DNA of 27,551 nucleotides, from positions 5,635,223 to 5,662,773 of the forward strand of contig NC_057751.1 in the NCBI RefSeq assembly GCF_004010195.1, given 5' to 3'. Position numbers and translations under genes: made by a program. The notes beneath the pieces were generated by a model. The model saw only the letters and a list, made by a program, of their open reading frames with translations, was not told where the DNA came from and did not search any database. Source of the DNA: Chiloscyllium plagiosum (Eukaryota). This document shows, one piece after another, positions 23,604 to 27,551 of this stretch (the first letter of the stretch is position 1; every line of letters starts with the position of its first letter).

Positions 23604-23812
23604 GGAGAAAGTGAGGACTGCAGATGCTGGAGACTAGAGTTGAAAAATGTGATGCTGGAAAAACACAGCAGGCCAGGCAGCATCCAAGGAGCAGGAGAAT
23701 CGACGTTTCGGGCATAAGCCCTTCTTCAGGAATGATTATGCCCGAAACGTCGATTCTCCTGCTCCTTGGATGCTGCCTGGCCTGCTGTATTTTTCCAGCA
23801 TCACATTTTTCA
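23604..23812. mobile_element. Young short fold-back Penelope-derived insertion
   Basis: 17-bp direct repeat ACTTTGGCCATGATACA at 23587-23603 and 23813-23829. 80-bp inverted arms 23638-23717/23736-23815 with one mismatch. Confidence 0.88.
23702..23729 (-). ncRNA. Minimal hammerhead-ribozyme-like motif, sense to AAK1 pre-mRNA
   Basis: Minus strand TTC-CTGAAGA-A-GGGC-TTAT-GCCC-GAAAC-GTC-GA. Core intact; 2-bp helix I (TC/GA). Confidence 0.6.
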
Positions 23813-24328
23813 ACTTTGGCCATGATACACACACCTTGTCAGAAATTCTAAAAAAGACACTCCGGTCCAACTCCCAATAATACATGAGACTTATTTGATG
23901 CCTTTAACGTAACAACAAGTCTGAAGGTGCAGCACAGCAATTTCATCAAACACATTATGAGACCTATAGAAACATTATGTAAGATCAACAAGAGCTTGGT
24001 CAATTGGACAGGTTTTACCAAATCCTAACAAATTGGGACTTTGTGTGCACAACCAACCTTTCACTAAAATGGAACTTTTCACTTCTGTAAACAGGAAAAA
24101 TAATGCTACTTCATATTTCACAACTTTCATATGTGCTATGTGCTGGCAAACTAACATGGTGATCATGCAATGAAGCCCATCAGTCTCAATAGCTTTGATA
24201 TGTTAGCGTTGAAGGCTTACTACTCACGCATGTACGAAGATGCCACGAAGGAATTAAAACAAAGGATCTTGACGCACCACTTTAACAAATCAAGACACAC
24301 AAACACTGCATTATTGAAGGCCCCATTA

Positions 24329-24493
<165 letters not shown>

Positions 24494-25257
24494 TCAGTAC
24501 TTGTTTTTATTGGCATCATATTGCTGTCCAAATAACAACCTGCAAAGAAGTGATTCTATAACACACAAAGTGGCATTTGCATTGATATCAACAAACACAG
24601 AATGGCGACGAGAACTGACCGCATTTGCTCTGGGTTCAGGATGTCGGGCAAGTGTAGAAATAGCCATGATACCGGTGGCTGAATGCGATTAACAACTTCC
24701 TGGTAGAAAGCTTGGATGTGAAAACTGCATGTGATTTGGTCATGATACACCCTGTCAGCTACACAGTCAGGTAACTTTGAATGTGGTGTCTACTTATTAG
24801 AGAACAGCTACCTGTCAACAGAACAAAGAGTTATTGCTGGAACAGCAGTAGCTGAGCAGGAGGCAGCATCTTCAAAAGAGGAGAAGGCAAAAAGCAAGTG
24901 GACAAAAAAGGTCAAGAGCATCATTACCCCTGGTGTTGCAGAAGCACAGGGCAATGGTTCCCTCATATTCTTTTAAAATATTTTCTGCCACATCACCATA
25001 ATATACAGAAAATAACATTTATTTTACCGTAATATTTGCTAGACATGGAGTTACTCAATAACATTTTATTCATTTAATAATGTATTAATTTTTTAATCAA
25101 TGACCCTCTCTTGAAGCTTATTCTTAGTCTTATATGGTCAGGTTGTTATCCCAGAGACCAATAGAGATTCCTCCAACCAGCTGCAGGGCATCTGTCAAGC
25201 AAGACCAGGGCAGCAAAACGGGAGTACACAGAGAAGTAGATGAGCAATGGCCAGGGG

Positions 25258-25472
25258 GTTGGGTACTTCAGTTGGCAGAATGGTTAGTTTGAAACACAAA
25301 GTGATGCCAAAAGCACAAGTTCAATTACTGCTCCGGCTGAGGTAACCACGAAGTCCAACCTTCCCAAACCACCTCTCGTCTGAGGCATGGTGGCCCTCCG
25401 GTCAAACTATCACCAGTCACCTCACTCCACTGACACAGTCGCCCTATCATCTTCTACCACAATGGTGACTTG
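25258..25472 (+). mobile_element. Old tRNA-derived SINE
   Basis: A-box-like TACTTCAGTTGG, B-box-like AGTTCAATTAC, then GGCTGAGGT..CTGAGGCATGGTGGCCCTC..CACCAGTC body. Confidence 0.45.
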
Positions 25473-25539
25473 ATCTTTCGACTGGCAATGATTGGTATTA
25501 GAAGTAATAAATGGTCTGCAACAAACATACATTCTTGTG

Positions 25540-26180
25540 AGACATGAAAATCTAATTGAAAAGATAAATCAAGGATGGCAAATGAAAACAGTTCGAAACG
25601 GCATGAGATCAAAGGATTTGGTATATAAGGATGCCAGAAAAGGTGGTAAGCCTGAGGACTGAGAGCAAGGTAAAACACAGCAAAGAATGACCAAGAAAGA
25701 GAAAAAGAGATTATGAGTGCAAGCCAGCAAAAGATATGAAGGCAGACTGTAAAAGCATCTTTTGTGATGTAAAATGGAAAAGACAAGCTCGGCAAATGTA
25801 GGATCATTAAAGTGGAGAAAGAAGAACTTACAGTGGCGAACACAGAAATGGTGGCGAAACTCAACAGTTTCTTTAGGTTCATCTTCACGCAGGAAGATGC
25901 AGAACCCCAACCAGAAACATGAGGTGCCTAAGGAACTTGTAAAACTGAGCAACGAAATGAAGCAAAACAAGTACTAGTAAGGAGGGAATTCTTGACAGCT
26001 GAGTTCAACTGAAGGTTGATGAATCCCCTGAACCAGATCAATTGCATCCCCAAGTTTTGAAGGAAGTCATTAGAAAGAAGCTAAGTTTCTCGAAAGATTC
26101 CTGCAGACTGTAAACTTGCAAATGCAACATCACCAGTTAAGGAAGGGAGAGGGAAAATGGCAAACTACAGACCTGTTTCG
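25540..26180 (+). mobile_element. CR1 ORF2 middle fragment, old
   Basis: Degenerate DCKS, LKVDESPEPDQLHPQVLKE, IPADCKLANAT..NYRPVS motifs. Confidence 0.8.
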
Positions 26181-26817
26181 TGGGATTGTTCCAAGTTGGT
26201 ATCAATGTGTACAAATAAAGCATGAACTTGTTAGTGCCAAGATCATTGGAAGGTCTCAAGTGAACTATCAAAATCAACTGTCAAAACCTTCATGAGCACC
26301 TGTCAAAGGGAGTGTTTGAAAATGTCAAAGGCATTTAAAAGTGCATCCCCTGAAATATTTGGGAGAAATTCTGGAATGCTAAAACAAAACTACTTTTCTT
26401 TTTCTTTGTTTGATGATTTCTATGAATAGATTGCTCAATGAGAGATTCCAATTCTCAGGTCTCTCATGGCAGAGACAACGTCAGTTTGGATAGTAGATGC
26501 CAGAGCAGAGAGACACAGGTCAGAGTTAAGGAGGCACAAGGCTACTATAAAAGCCTTTGGGATGAGCTGGATGGCACCGATTGGCACAGATGTAGAAGGT
26601 GGGTGCATGTAAAGGTGGAGATTGGTGGGGGAGAGCTGAAGGGACATTCCAATATCTCTTCCTAATTTTCATACGCTGGAAACAGCCAAATCTGCAAGGC
26701 AGGTCTTTTGACCTGCCAACCTGAGCATCAGGTTACCTCCTCAGTCCCTCTATGGTTGCCCAACGTGACTTCTAATTGAGCCCATCCTTAAGTGAAAATG
26801 CAAATTGTAGGCAGCTA

Positions 26818-27084
<267 letters not shown>

Positions 27085-27225
27085 TCAATACCCTCAAAAA
27101 TCTGTAATTCCACCTATAACCTTCTTGATTCTGAAAATGCTTCGCCTGACAGATGGACTGAAATCGTCTTTATCTGTATTTCGTCCTAAAACATAAGCAA
27201 CATGTACAAACTGAAATTGTCTTAG

Positions 27226-27551
27226 GACATAGAACATAGAACATTTACAGCGCAGTACAGGCCCTTCGGCCCTCGATGTTGTGCCGACCTGTCACACCAA
27301 TCTGAAGCCTCCATGTACACCCATATGCTTGTCCAATGATGATTTAAATGTACTTAAAATTGGCAAATCTACTACCGTTGCAGGCAAAGCATTCCATTCC
27401 CCTCCTACTCTCTGAGTAAAGAAACTACCTCTGACATCTGTCCTATATCTATCACCCCTCAATTTAAAGCTACGCTCCGTCGTGCTCGCCATCACCATAC
27501 TTGGAAAAAGGCTCTCCCTGTCCATCCTACCTAACCCTCTGATTATCTTTT
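27226..27551 (-). mobile_element. CR1 3' end (runs off window), same subfamily as 1163-3127
   Basis: ORF 27292..27525 DRESLFP..FKLRGDRYRTDVRGSFFTQRV; (AGAACAT)n tail at 27226-27245. Confidence 0.92.

Larger units (their letters stand above)
23430..23850 (+). mobile_element. Old LINE/SINE 3' region hosting the 23604-23812 insertion
   Basis: CCATCTGG..GTCCTTTAGGGAAGAAAACCTGC..GGCCTACATGTGATTCCAG..ATGGGCAACAAATGCTG resembles a recalled common shark repeat 3' end. Confidence 0.45.

Noticed and set aside
23604..23812. MITE/DNA transposon or conserved pre-miRNA reading of the palindromes
   Set aside because: Inverted repeats are not terminal on both sides, TSD lengths vary from 10 to 17 bp, and related sequence follows a PLE-like ORF end at 18061. 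No known miRNA recognised.

Overview
Vertebrate genomic DNA, most likely a cartilaginous fish (inferred from the shark-type V-SINE, DeuSINE, CR1 and Penelope repeats). The only host gene is AAK1 (AP2-associated kinase 1) on the minus strand. Five kinase-domain coding exons (26863-26981, 24352-24460, 17692-17834, 16429-16550, 350-431; 119/109/143/122/82 nt) have GT-AG boundaries and splice in one open frame from the glycine-rich loop to the APE/DIW motifs. The gene continues beyond both window ends. The introns are packed with decayed retroelements (CR1 and L2 LINEs, tRNA-derived V-SINEs, a DeuSINE, several Penelope-like families) plus an 826-N assembly gap. The most interesting signal is the Penelope-derived material. 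Several copies carry a minimal hammerhead-ribozyme-like core (CUGANGA-N-helix II-GAAAC-GUH), some in the sense of the AAK1 pre-mRNA. Five are fold-back insertions with 10-17 bp target-site duplications, and in four the truncated arm ends in microhomology with the target. No prokaryotic system, CRISPR array or true tRNA/rRNA gene is seen. Family assignments come from recalled motifs, not database searches.
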